Positions 8,876 to 19,239 are shown, numbered from the stretch's first letter. The stretch: DNA of 64,000 nt from an uncultured Gemmatimonadales bacterium (GCA_963823035.1 CAWGKG010000012.1:448001-512000); one strand, 5' to 3'. The notes: generated from the letters alone by a model not told the origin. Program-made: numbers and translations.

Positions 8876-10261
8876 ATGACCACCTGGAGGAACGCTTCGC
8901 TGCGGATCTTGGCTCGCGGAGGGCGGATCGCCCTTGCGATCCTGGCGTCGGGCGTCCTCCTCGCGCGGAACGCGGACGCCCAGGACGGCTCCGGCACGGC
9001 CGTCCTTCGGGGGGTGGTGTTCGACAGCACCGAGATGAAGGCCCTCCCTGGGGCCAGGGTAGCCGTGCTCGGAACCACGGCCATGGCCGACGCCGATGCG
9101 AACGGACGCTTCGAGCTGTCGGGCATTCCCGCCGGAGATCATGCGGTCTCCTTCTTCCATGCGCGCCTGCAGGCGCTCGGCGTGAGCGCCCCGACCCGTC
9201 AGATGACGTTCGACGCCGGCCAGACCGTCGAGGTCGAGCTGTCCGTGCCTTCGGAGAAGACCCTCCTGATGGGATGGTGCATGGCGGAGCAACCCGGTCC
9301 GGGCTTCGCGGCGGTCGCGGGCGTGGTGACCGACTCCCTCACGGGTGTTCCCCTCCCGCGTGCGATCGTGACGGCGCGGGTCGCGCAGCGCCGGGCCGGG
9401 GACCCCGAGGAGGTCGAGACGCGAGCCGACGAGAGCGGCTACTACCGTCTCTGCACGGTACCCGCGGCGCGGGAGGTGCGTCTGCAGGCGCGGTTCGGGC
9501 AGAACGCCGGCCGATCGACCTTCGTCGAGCTGGCGCCGGGGGATGCCGAGCTGCAGAACCTGATCCTGCCGCTCTCGGCACAGGGTTCGCTCGTCGGAAC
9601 CGTGCACGACTATCTCACGGGCGACGCCGTGAACGGTGCGGTCGTGTCGGTGCTGGGCACGAACGTCCAGCAGATCACCGACTCGACCGGGACCTTCGTG
9701 CTGGACGGTCTGCCCCCCGGCCGCCACCTGGTCACGACGGACTACCTCGGATACGGCCAGCGTACCGACTCCGTGACGGTGTTCAGCCAGGAGACCGTGG
9801 ACATCGACATCCGCATGGCGCCCCAGGCCGTGGAGGTGGAGGGCCTCGTCGTGACGGCTCGCACCCGCTTCGGTCGCACGAGGGTCGCGGTCGACAAGCG
9901 CGCGGACGTCTTCACGCGCGCCGAGATCGAGCCGATCCTGGCGCGCACCCAGAACATGGGGGACCTCCTGCGCAACATGAACGCCCCGGGTCTGAGCGTG
10001 CGCGAGATGCAGGTGACCGACGCCACCGGCGTGATGGTGCCGGGGCTGTGCGTCGAGGTGAGCCGTCGGGGTGGTCGCGCCGCGAGCTGCTCGCAGGCCG
10101 CGATCTTCGTGAACGGCATCATCATGCCGAGTCCGGACCAGATCCTGATGAACCTGGATCCGTCCGCCATCGATCACATCGAGATCCTGAGCCCGGTGGA
10201 CGCCCAGTTCCAGTTCGGTACGATGGCGGGCAACGGAGCCGTGCTGATCTACACCCGCTGA
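8876..10261 (+). CDS. Secreted protein: three carboxypeptidase-regulatory-like domains + C-terminal TonB plug-like domain, no beta-barrel
   Basis: Signal peptide (ADA-Q), repeated GxVxD...GAxV...GxF/Y units, ends IDHIEILSP..AQFQFG...NGAVLIYTR-stop. Confidence 0.75.
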   Translation: MTTWRNASLRILARGGRIALAILASGVLLARNADAQDGSGTAVLRGVVFDSTEMKALPGARVAVLGTTAMADADANGRFELSGIPAGDHAVSFFHARLQALGVSAPTRQMTFDAGQTVEVELSVPSEKTLLMGWCMAEQPGPGFAAVAGVVTDSLTGVPLPRAIVTARVAQRRAGDPEEVETRADESGYYRLCTVPAAREVRLQARFGQNAGRSTFVELAPGDAELQNLILPLSAQGSLVGTVHDYLTGDAVNGAVVSVLGTNVQQITDSTGTFVLDGLPPGRHLVTTDYLGYGQRTDSVTVFSQETVDIDIRMAPQAVEVEGLVVTARTRFGRTRVAVDKRADVFTRAEIEPILARTQNMGDLLRNMNAPGLSVREMQVTDATGVMVPGLCVEVSRRGGRAASCSQAAIFVNGIIMPSPDQILMNLDPSAIDHIEILSPVDAQFQFGTMAGNGAVLIYTR

Positions 10262-10273
10262 CCCTCCCCCCGG

Positions 10274-11098
10274 CTACTCCAGCGGCTTCGAAGCCTCGAA
10301 GTACGCCCCCGAGATCGACGACGCGAACGCTTCGAGCTCGTCCCTCGACTCCGGATGACCCTGGACGAAGGCGCGCACACCCTCGTCCGCGAGGATGTAG
10401 TCCGGCGGATAGGCCTTCTCGTCCGTGATCCGCACGTCCGCGAATCCCGCGCGGCGGAAGTCGTCCAGATAGCGTGCGCGGTCGGTCGGCAGGCACCCGG
10501 CCACCGCGTCCAGCGAGCCGGCCACGACGCCCGGCACGGGTCGATCCGATACGAGGTCGGAGACGACCACGCGTCCTCCGGGCTTCAGCACCCGGTAGAC
10601 CTCGGTGAGAACGCGATCCTTCTCCGGGCTGAGGTTCAGGACGCAGTTCGAGAGGATCACGTCCACGCTCCCGTCGGCGACCGGTAGCGCCTCGATCTCG
10701 CCCAGGCGGAACTCCACGTTCGTGAAGCCCCCCTTCGAGGCGTTCGCCCGGGCGCGGGACACCATCTCCGGCGTCATGTCGACGCCGATGACCTTCCCGT
10801 TCGGTCCCACCTGCCGGGCGGCGAGGAAGCAATCGATGCCGGCGCCGGATCCGAGATCCAGCACCACCTGCCCCGCCTCGAGGGATGCGAGGGCCGTGGG
10901 ATTGCCACACCCGAGGCCGAGGTTCGCGTCGGACGGGATCTCCTGGAGCACCGCCTCGTCGTAGCCGACGGCCTGCGCGGAAGCCTCCGCCGTGCCACCC
11001 CCGCAACACGACGGTCCACAGCAGCCCTGGTCCTGGGTGGCCGCGCGTGCGTAGCGGTCGCGAACGGCCTGGCGGATGTCCTCTTTGAGATGGCTCAT
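10274..11098 (-). CDS. arsM: Arsenite S-adenosylmethyltransferase
   Basis: N-terminal CC motifs, ANLGLGCGNP, VLDLGSGAGID, SNCVLNL, AGCL. Confidence 0.9.
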   Translation of the reverse strand: MSHLKEDIRQAVRDRYARAATQDQGCCGPSCCGGGTAEASAQAVGYDEAVLQEIPSDANLGLGCGNPTALASLEAGQVVLDLGSGAGIDCFLAARQVGPNGKVIGVDMTPEMVSRARANASKGGFTNVEFRLGEIEALPVADGSVDVILSNCVLNLSPEKDRVLTEVYRVLKPGGRVVVSDLVSDRPVPGVVAGSLDAVAGCLPTDRARYLDDFRRAGFADVRITDEKAYPPDYILADEGVRAFVQGHPESRDELEAFASSISGAYFEASKPLE

Positions 11099-11169
11099 GG
11101 GTTCTGCTCCGGAAAGTTGTGGAACGCAACCATTCGTGGAAGGGAAGGGCGACGCGCCCTCCCGCGAGT

Positions 11170-11631
11170 TCAGCTCACGACACAGCAACTCCCGCCCGAC
11201 GTCTCGACGCGGGCGGCGAACGACGCCCCCAGGCGCCCGAGCAGGCGCGTGATGGCGGCCCGAACCTCCGGATCGAAGTCCGTGAGGAGGTCGGCGTACT
11301 CCCTCGCCAGGTCGCCGTCGATGCGACGGCAGAGCTCGGCCCCCGCCGGAGAGGCCAGAAGGCGGATCACCCGTCCGTCCCCCTCGTCGCGCTCGCGCAC
11401 CAGGTAGCCCTTCTCCTCGAGGCCGTTCGCGACGCGGCTGACTGTGCTCTTGTCGAGATAGAGCTCGGCCGCCAGCTCGTTCACCGTGAGCGGGCCCTTG
11501 TCTGCGACCGCCTTGAGCGCGTAGCACTGGCTGACGCTCACGTCGTAGCAGCACGCCCGGTCCCGGTCGCGGAACTGCACGACCCGGATGAGGTCGCCGA
11601 GCGCGTCGGACATGGCGCGCGCGTCGTCCAT
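11170..11631 (-). CDS. Cys-rich MarR family regulator (true start may be about 11686 via a frameshift)
   Basis: RACCYDVSVSQC, LTVNELAAELYLDKSTVSR, DGR wing, C-terminal SCC. Confidence 0.85.
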   Translation of the reverse strand: MDDARAMSDALGDLIRVVQFRDRDRACCYDVSVSQCYALKAVADKGPLTVNELAAELYLDKSTVSRVANGLEEKGYLVRERDEGDGRVIRLLASPAGAELCRRIDGDLAREYADLLTDFDPEVRAAITRLLGRLGASFAARVETSGGSCCVVS

Positions 11632-11676
11632 CAGGCGGGAGTCGGCGTTCGCCGTCGGCGTGGAGGGGCAGCATGG

Positions 11677-11695
11677 TAGTTGGCATGTGCAACTA
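11677..11695. promoter_or_regulatory. Putative MarR operator overlapping the -10 box
   Basis: TAGTTG-N7-CAACTA palindrome; minus-strand TATAGT at 11697-11692. Confidence 0.65.
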
Positions 11696-11730
11696 TAATC
11701 CGCGCAGAGGGCTCGGGTCAACCCCGGTGG

Positions 11731-12504
11731 CTACGGGCCCCGCATCCTGCGTCGGTTGTCTTCGTGGGTGCGGAGATAGAACGGCGGGACGTTCGTCGGC
11801 GCCGTGACGGGAGCGACCCCGAGAAGGCCCTCGAGGTAGGCGATGGTCTCGCCGATCACGTCGACCCCACCGACGCGGCCATGCGAGGGCACCACCCACT
11901 GGAGTCCGGGTTCCGCCGCCCACCGATGCAGCCGTTCGACCCAACCCGCGACCGCCGCTCCGTCGTTCACCACCGGGAGCGGCGTCTCCACCGTGTCCCC
12001 GGCCAGGAGCACGCCCCACTCGGGAATCCACGCCACGGCGCAGTCCGGGGTGTGGCCGGGAAGGGCCTCGATTCGCACGGACACGCCGCCGAGGTCGGTG
12101 TCGAGCCCGTGGTCGAACCACCGGGTGGGGGGTGCGAGCCGCACGGCGTCCCAGCGGCCGGGCTCGGCTCGCTGGCGCTCGGCGAGCTCCCGCGGCAGCT
12201 CGGAGCGGAAGCGAGCGGCGCACGCCGCGAGCGCCACGACGTCGGGGGCCGAGGCGAAGGCCGCCGTCCCCCAGACGTGATCCCAATCGCCGTGGCTGTA
12301 GGCGATGATCGGGCGGCGGTCCGCCACGATACGCGTTGCCGGGCCCATGGGCACGGGGTGCGCCAGGGTGTCCCAAACCAGGGCGGTGGAACGGCCGAGG
12401 ACCACCACCGCGCGAACGTCGAAGTCGTCGACCCGGGACTCCAGCAGGTGGAGTCCCGGTCTCAGCTCCCGGTGGGTCGCCTCGCTCCAGGTCGCTGCCG
12501 TCAC
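11731..12504 (-). CDS. MBL-fold metallo-hydrolase
   Basis: SHGDWDH, PGHTPD, LAGD, VPSHG motifs. Confidence 0.85.
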   Translation of the reverse strand: MTAATWSEATHRELRPGLHLLESRVDDFDVRAVVVLGRSTALVWDTLAHPVPMGPATRIVADRRPIIAYSHGDWDHVWGTAAFASAPDVVALAACAARFRSELPRELAERQRAEPGRWDAVRLAPPTRWFDHGLDTDLGGVSVRIEALPGHTPDCAVAWIPEWGVLLAGDTVETPLPVVNDGAAVAGWVERLHRWAAEPGLQWVVPSHGRVGGVDVIGETIAYLEGLLGVAPVTAPTNVPPFYLRTHEDNRRRMRGP

Positions 12505-15299
12505 GAGATGGGACGCGCCGCCCGTTCCTTCGCACCGGCCAGGAAGATCCCGTTGAAGAGCAGCTTGAAGGTGCCGTGGGGCTGTCCGCGGTTCGTGATC
12601 TCGGGGCCGAAAAGGAAGAGGTTTCCCTCACCGACCTTGGCCTCGGCCATGGCCACCCCGCCGCGCAGCCTCTCCTGGCCCCAGGCCCATCCGGAGCGAA
12701 GCGGCTTCTCGGCATCGAACCACGCGACGGGGTGCACGCCCATCCCCACGGCTGCCGGATCGAGCCTCATCACGGGGCTGTTGTTGAAGAAGACGTCCAG
12801 CTCTTCGCCGAGGCCCCACGCGATGGGGCGGCTGGGATCCACGCGGACGCGCATCACGGAGCCCGGCACATAGAAGTCGTCCCCACCGAGGGCGACCCCC
12901 TCGCCATCGACCAGGTGGTTCGACAGCGGCAGGCCGGCGAGCCGGGCAAGCGCGGTGGAGGTGCCCACCGTGACGATCGTGCCTCCCGCCTCGAGGAACT
13001 CGACGAGGCGGGGCACGGTCTCCTTCACGGTGATCCGGCCGAGGCGGTCCTCATACTCCGCGGGGATGTTCTCCGGGGCCGACCCGAAGATCTCGAAGCC
13101 GCCACCGGCGCCATCGGCGGCGGGAATGGCGTCCGTGACGAAAATCAGAACGTCGTACTGCTTTCGCAGGTCACCCTGGTCGAGTCGCTTCGGGTAGACG
13201 ATCTGGTAGGGGAACTCGAACTGCTCGAAGAGCCAGCGGGTCCATCCGGAGGGTTGCGAGCCCCCATACTCGTCCCAAAGGCCGATACGGACCGAGCTGA
13301 GCTCGAGCATCGGTACGCTCGGCGGCGTGGAAACTCCTTGCACATCGATCCCCAGCTCCGACGCCCACGCCGAGAGCTTCTCCACAATCTGTCCCCCGGA
13401 TTGCACATACACCGTGCCGGGCGGGTAGACGCGGCCCTGGACCGTTATCGCGTCTTCCAGCCAGTTGACGTCGGCGCCTTCCGCGAGGAGGCGATTGGTC
13501 ACGATGGCGACGTCGTTCACCTCGTGGCTCAGGAGGAAGCCCGCGGCACCCCGAGCGTCGGCGACCCGTCCGGCGGGCGGCGCGGCCAGCCCGTCCAGTC
13601 GCTCGAACGGACCGTCGAACCCCTCCAGGATCCGGTCGAAGCGGACGCCCATCTGGAACGCCAGCGTGTAGCCGGCGTTGTCGTAGGGCGGGACGGGCGG
13701 ACCACCTTCGTACTTGACGTCGTTCGGGTGGTCCTGCGGCTCGAACATGTCGAGTACGTGGGCACGGTAGGCCTGGCCCGTCCGGACCACCCAGGAATCC
13801 GCGGGATAGCGCTTCCCGGCCACCTCGAAGTCCCGCGTGGCCCGCAGCACGGCGACGCCGTTCTTGATCAGCGTATTGACGAACTTCGTCGCGGTGGGGA
13901 AGTCGGGCTGGTCGCGAGGGATCACGTAGCCGCGCGGATCGCGATCCTCGGGTCGACGCAGCTCCGCGAAGTACTCGGCGGGCACGCCGGAGGAGAAGTA
14001 GCCCGCCAGGGCGCCCGTTTGCGGGCCGAGGAAGCGCTCCTCCCTTCCGTCGCGGGCGAGCACCTCCCGGAGGTGGGCGATGCGGCTGGGCGTGATGGTC
14101 CAGTGGTCCGTGTTCCCCCGCTCGATCTGGTCGTGGCCGGTCCGCCAGATGTCGAGGAGGAGCTCCTCACGGTGCTTCGACGCGTAGTCGAGCACCGCGC
14201 GGTTCGCGGTCACCTCGTAGTCGATGGACTGGCGGAAGTGCCACGTCTGCGGCGCCACCGGCAGGAAGGCGTCGCCGCTGGGCATGATCCGGCTCGGCAC
14301 GAAGGGCACCTCGATGGGCGTGGGGTTGCCCTGCGTCTCCGTGAGCAGGCCGATGATGTTGTGGAAGTACGCAGTCGTCCGCAGGCCGCCGTTCCACCAC
14401 GTCGAGAAGGGCCCGCCCCCGCGCATGGTCACCCCGGGCTTGTTCTCCTCTACGAACCGACCCTGCATGGCCATGCCCACCTTCTCGAGCCCGGCGAGCA
14501 CCAGCGGATGGATGTTGTAGTTGGCCGGATAGCGGAAGGGTGGGGCGAACATGATGGCGCCCGCCGGACCGACCTGATGGTGGTTGTACATGATCTGCGG
14601 CATCCAGTCGATGTACAGGATGCGCGACATGTTCTCCGTCTCGGGCTGCGACACCAGATAGGAGTCGCGGTTGTTGTCGTGCCCGACGTACTTGTGGTAG
14701 AGCCGGGGGATGCCGCCCGTGGTACGCTTCGTCGGGTCGGGCTCGCGCATGTACCACTCGGCGAGCAGATCCTGCCCGTCGGGGTTGGCCTGCACGAAGA
14801 GGACGATCACGTCGTCGAGGAAGCGGAGCGTCTCTTCGTCGCTCAGGCTCACCATCTGATACACGGTCTCCATGAGCTGCTGCGCGCCGAGCACCTCGGA
14901 GGCGTGCAGCCCTCCGTCGATCCACACCACCGCCTTCCCCTCCCTGGCGAGCATGCGGGCCTCGTCCTCCCCCACGCCTTCGGCGAGCGCGAGGCGTCGG
15001 GAGATCTGCCGGTAGTGCTCCAGTCTTGCGTGGTTCTCCGGAGACGTCACGATCGCCATGAGCTGCCGGCGGCCTTCGGCCGTGGGGCCGATGTCCTGCA
15101 GGACCATGCGGGGCGACTCGTCGGCGAGTCGCTTCCAGTATCCCTCCAACTGGGCGTAGCTGGCGAGCTGGTAGTCGGCGCCGATGTCGAAGCCGAGGAA
15201 GTCACGAGGTGTCGTGACGTTCTGGGCCCCTACGGGGAGGGCCGCGGCGACCAGGAAGAGGACGAATGCGGCCGAACGCCGCAGGCGGCGAGCGCACAT
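12501..15299 (-). CDS. Secreted M14 zinc carboxypeptidase-like protein
   Basis: Signal peptide, GLHASE, NPDG, DNNRD, YNHHQ motifs; 932 aa. Confidence 0.85.
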   Translation of the reverse strand: MCARRLRRSAAFVLFLVAAALPVGAQNVTTPRDFLGFDIGADYQLASYAQLEGYWKRLADESPRMVLQDIGPTAEGRRQLMAIVTSPENHARLEHYRQISRRLALAEGVGEDEARMLAREGKAVVWIDGGLHASEVLGAQQLMETVYQMVSLSDEETLRFLDDVIVLFVQANPDGQDLLAEWYMREPDPTKRTTGGIPRLYHKYVGHDNNRDSYLVSQPETENMSRILYIDWMPQIMYNHHQVGPAGAIMFAPPFRYPANYNIHPLVLAGLEKVGMAMQGRFVEENKPGVTMRGGGPFSTWWNGGLRTTAYFHNIIGLLTETQGNPTPIEVPFVPSRIMPSGDAFLPVAPQTWHFRQSIDYEVTANRAVLDYASKHREELLLDIWRTGHDQIERGNTDHWTITPSRIAHLREVLARDGREERFLGPQTGALAGYFSSGVPAEYFAELRRPEDRDPRGYVIPRDQPDFPTATKFVNTLIKNGVAVLRATRDFEVAGKRYPADSWVVRTGQAYRAHVLDMFEPQDHPNDVKYEGGPPVPPYDNAGYTLAFQMGVRFDRILEGFDGPFERLDGLAAPPAGRVADARGAAGFLLSHEVNDVAIVTNRLLAEGADVNWLEDAITVQGRVYPPGTVYVQSGGQIVEKLSAWASELGIDVQGVSTPPSVPMLELSSVRIGLWDEYGGSQPSGWTRWLFEQFEFPYQIVYPKRLDQGDLRKQYDVLIFVTDAIPAADGAGGGFEIFGSAPENIPAEYEDRLGRITVKETVPRLVEFLEAGGTIVTVGTSTALARLAGLPLSNHLVDGEGVALGGDDFYVPGSVMRVRVDPSRPIAWGLGEELDVFFNNSPVMRLDPAAVGMGVHPVAWFDAEKPLRSGWAWGQERLRGGVAMAEAKVGEGNLFLFGPEITNRGQPHGTFKLLFNGIFLAGAKERAARPIS

Positions 15300-15472
15300 G
15301 GCAAGGCTCCCGGATCGGGGTCGGAGGCAGGGCAGTCAAGATGCGACTCCCCCGTCCCGCGGCAAGCGCGGACCGCATGGCGGGACCCGCGCCGGCCCGG
15401 TATCGTGCCAGCGCACTCGGCGCTTCGGCCGGGAGGGACGGCGGGCGGCTTGGATCCTGGGATGGGAGAACG

Positions 15473-16075
15473 ATGGAGAGGAACCGACTCGAGGCGTTCA
15501 GCGACGGAGTGCTCGCCATCATCATCACGATCATGGTGCTCGAGCTGCGCGTCCCCGACGGGGCGGAGTTGTCCGCGCTCACCGAGCTGTGGCCGCTCTT
15601 CCTCAGCTACCTGCTCAGCTTCTTGTACCTGGGCATCTACTGGAACAACCACCACCACATGTTCGCCGTCACGACCCGGGTGAACGGCGCCGTGCTGTGG
15701 GCGAACCTGCACCTCCTCTTCTGGCTGTCGCTCGTTCCCTTCGTGACCGGCTGGATGGGGGAGAACCACTTCGCGCCCGCTCCGACCGCGGTCTATGGGG
15801 TGGTGCTCCTCCTCGCCGCGATCGCCTACTACGTCCTCCAGGGAAGGATCCTCGCGGTGGAGGGGCCGGACTCGATCCTCGCGAAGGCGGTGGGGAGCGA
15901 TTGGAAGGGCAAGCTCTCACCCATCCTGTATGCGATCGCCATCCCCTCCGCCTTCTTGCATCAAGCCCTGGCGGGAGGGCTCTACGTGGTGGTGGCGTTC
16001 ATCTGGCTCCTGCCGGATCCTCGCATCGAGCGGGCGCTGGCGGACGCGGAGCGGCGTGCCGGCGCAGCGGACTGA
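15473..16075 (+). CDS. TMEM175 family (DUF1211) potassium channel
   Basis: RLEAFSDGVLAIIITIMVL, YWNNHHH, six hydrophobic helices. Confidence 0.9.
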   Translation: MERNRLEAFSDGVLAIIITIMVLELRVPDGAELSALTELWPLFLSYLLSFLYLGIYWNNHHHMFAVTTRVNGAVLWANLHLLFWLSLVPFVTGWMGENHFAPAPTAVYGVVLLLAAIAYYVLQGRILAVEGPDSILAKAVGSDWKGKLSPILYAIAIPSAFLHQALAGGLYVVVAFIWLLPDPRIERALADAERRAGAAD

Positions 16076-16079
16076 GCCC

Positions 16080-18855
16080 CTACTCGCCCCGTAGCGCCAC
16101 GGCGGGCCTCACCCTCGCGGCCCGTACGGCCGGTACCCAGCACGCCACCAGGGCGACCGCCGCGAACACCAGCGGGACGGACGCGAAGGTCGCGGGGTCC
16201 TGCGGCGGTGACCCCGTACAACATCCCCTGCATGAACCGCGTCAGTCCCGCAGCTGCCACCACGCCGCCCGCCACCCCGACGAGCGCCATCCCCATCCCC
16301 TGGCGCACCACCATGCCGACCACGCGCCCGCGGTCCGCGCCCAACGCCATGCGGATGCCGATCTCGGGCGTGCGCTGGCTCACGGCGTACGCGAGCACGC
16401 CGTAGATCCCCACGAGGGCGAGCGTGAGCGCGACCCCCGAGAAGACGGCGAGGAGGAGCATCGCGAAGCGCGGCTGCGCGACGGACGCCGACAGGACGTC
16501 GTCCATCGTCTGGACCTGGGACACCGGCATGCGCGGGTCCAGCTCGGCGATCACCTTGCGCACCGGCTGTACCAGGTCCGCGGGATCGCCGGTGCGGGCC
16601 TGGATCGTGAGCGTCATGCTGCGCATCGACGACGCGACCTGAGCGTGCGGGCGATAGAAGCGCTCGTTGACATCGGCCGTGAGCCCGTTGTGCCGGAGGT
16701 CTCCCACCACCCCCACCACGGTCGCCCAATCGCGGTGGTCGGCGGAGTTGAGCCGTCCGTCGAAGACGCTGATGCGTCCGCCCAGGGGGCTCCGGTCCCC
16801 GAAGTAGCGGCGCGCGAGCGCCTGGTTCACGATGATGACGTCCTCGCCGTCGACGTTGTCGCCGGGCTGGAAGGTCCGCCCCTCGAGGAGGGGGATCCCC
16901 ATGACCTCGAAGTAGCCCGGCGTCGCCCACTGCCAGTCGGCCTGCGTGGACTCGTTGGGGCCGGGCTCGTAGCCGTCCACGCGCAGTCCCGAGTCGCCCA
17001 TCGTGCTGGCGAGCGGCAGGATGCGGGCGGCGCCCGCCGCGCTCACCTGGGGCATCTCGCGGATGCGGCGTAGCAGCTCATCGTAGAACGCGACGACGTC
17101 CGCGCTCTCGGGATAGCTCGCGCTCGGCGCCGTGATGCGCATCGTGAGCACCCGCTCGGGATGGAACCCCGGATCGACGGCCAGCAGACGGACGAACGTC
17201 CTGATCATCAGCCCCGAGCCGGTGAGGAGGAGCACGGCCATCGCCATCTGGGCGGCCACGAGGAGGCCCTGCGCACGATTCGAACGCGCCCCGCGCCCGG
17301 AGCCGCGAGAGCTGTCGGTGAGCGTGCGTGCTCCTCTCCCGCGGGACACGCGCATCGCCGGCATGATGCCGAAGAGGAGGGCGGTCAGCGCGGAGGCGCC
17401 GAGCGCGAACGCGAGGACGGTGCCGCTCATGTGGATGTTGCCGGCGCGCGGGACCGCGGTCGGATCCACGGCGAGCAGCGCTCGCAGGCCGACGGAGGCG
17501 AAGACGACGCCGAGCACGCCACCGGTCAGGGAGAGGAGGAGCGATTCCGTGAGGAGTTGCCGCACCAGACGCAGGCGTCCGGCGCCCAGCGCCGCTCGCA
17601 CGGCGATCTCACGCGTGCGGGCTTCCGAACGCGACAGGAGGAGGTTGGCGACGTTGCCGCAGGCGATCAGCAGAACGAACACCACCGCCCCCAGAAGGAC
17701 CAGGATGGTGCCGCGCGCCGTGCCCACGACATCGTTCTTGGCGGAGTAGAGCCGGGGAACGAATTGCATCTCCGCGCGGCGGCTCCCCTCGGCCACCCAC
17801 CGCTGGGCCTGGTCCTCCAGGTCGGCCCTGGCTTCCTCGACGGTGACACCGGGCTTCAGCCGCGCGACGACGTACGAGCCGTGGTTGCCGCCGTTCGTGC
17901 GCACGGGGTCGGGGGCGTCGCGGTCCAGGTACACCGGCTCGTAGACCTCGCTCACGTCGGTGGAACCGTAGTCGGCGGGAAGCACGAACCCCTTCGGTAG
18001 GATTCCGAGGACCGTTTGGCCGGTGCCGTCGATCTCGACGCTCCTTCCCACCACTCCTCGGTCGCCGTTGAACCGCCGTTGCCAGAGCTCGTAGCCGATC
18101 AGGACGAAGGGTGCCTCCGCCTGGGCCTCCTCCCAGGTGAACGTCCTTCCCAGGACCGGCTCCACGCCGAGGACGGAGAAGGTGTTCGGCGTGACACCGG
18201 CCGCGCCCACGCGCTCCGGGTTGTCGGGGTCCGTGAAGTTGGCGCTCCCTCCGTAGTAGAGCGCCAGGTCCTCGAAGGAGCGGCTGTCCTGGACGTACGC
18301 CTGGTACTCGCCGACGGACACCCAGGTCTTGTCGGGGAAGTTGTTCCAGCTGCTCCAGATGGTGACCACGCGGTCGGGGTTCCCGTACGGCAGTGGCGCC
18401 AGCAACACGCCGTCCGCGACGCTGAAGATGGCCGTCGCGGCCCCGATGCCGAGCGCGAGCGTGAGCACGGCCACGGTCGCGAACCCCGGCGCCTTGCGCA
18501 GCGCCCGCAGCGCGAACCCCAGATCCTGTGTGAGCGCACCCATGCCCCCCCCTTCGCCGCTGAAATGGATCCACCTGCGCACGAGCCTGCCGAGCAGCCC
18601 CGCCACCACCCGCCCGGCCGGCGCCTCGCACGGCCGGAGCGTCACCACCACGATCCGCCCCTCCTCCGGGTCGACCCTACACAGCAGGCGCTGCCCTGCC
18701 GCGGGCAGCTCGATCGGTCCGGCGCCCTCCCACCCGGGCGGAGGTCCGGCCTCCTCGAGCTGTCGGATCCGCTCGGCGACGCGCCGCTGCTCGTCGCGAG
18801 GCAGGTCGCGCAGCGCGCGCACGGCTGGATGGGAGAGCTCGATCCTCCAGGTCAC
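16080..18855 (-). CDS. ADOP/MacB-like duplicated ABC permease with in-frame N-terminal RelE/ParE-like domain (second possible start 18543; frameshift about 16205)
   Basis: [50 protein letters not shown]; no stop between GTG 18855 and ATG 18543. Confidence 0.85.
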
Positions 18856-18869
18856 GTCGAACGGCCCCT

Positions 18870-19124
18870 TCAGAGGTCCAGGTCCCTGCGGACCTCGTCC
18901 CACGAGACCGTGCCGAGCTCGGACACGGCCTCCAGGGCCGCCTCGTAGTCGCGCTTCTCCAGGAGAGCGCGCAGCCGCTCCAGAAGCGTCGCGTCCTCCA
19001 CCGGGACGATCGCCACCAGCTCCTTGCCGTGTCGGGTCACGACGAAGCGCTCTCCCCCGTAGGCGGCGCGGTTGAGGAGCTCGGCCATGTTCTTCCTGGC
19101 TTCCCCGGTGGTGATCGGCTTCAT
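18870..19124 (-). CDS. Phd/YefM family antitoxin
   Basis: 84 aa MKPITTGEARKNMAELLNRAAYGGERFVVTRHGKELVAIVPVED...SWDEVRRDLDL; GGAG RBS. Confidence 0.9.
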   Translation of the reverse strand: MKPITTGEARKNMAELLNRAAYGGERFVVTRHGKELVAIVPVEDATLLERLRALLEKRDYEAALEAVSELGTVSWDEVRRDLDL

Positions 19125-19192
19125 GGTCGGCTCTCCGGACGTCGTGCGTCTTCCCCTTGGACGCCGCGATGCGTCCTGGGGTTGGGACGGGT

Positions 19193-19216
19193 TGTAAGAT
19201 TTGTACAAAACGTACG
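19193..19216. promoter_or_regulatory. Putative Phd/YefM operator
   Basis: TGTAAG, TGTACA, CGTACG hexamers at a 9-bp period; perfect TTTGTACAAA palindrome 19200-19209. Confidence 0.6.
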
Positions 19217-19239
19217 GATGGCAAGGGCGTCCCCAAGAG

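Noticed and set aside
10274..11692. Apparent 472-aa arsM with a long N-terminal extension
   Set aside because: The extension is an alternate frame of the marR gene; arsM has its own RBS and ATG at 11098
12336..15683. 1115-aa plus-strand ORF and similar long antisense ORFs (19029-21335, 43820-46114, 57167-59224)
   Set aside because: Shadow frames opposite well-supported genes; expected in high-GC DNA and without recognisable motifs
18856..19236. Extra N-terminal 127 aa of the 1084-aa permease ORF
   Set aside because: Alternate-frame overlap with the antitoxin gene; meaningful sequence starts at GTG 18855
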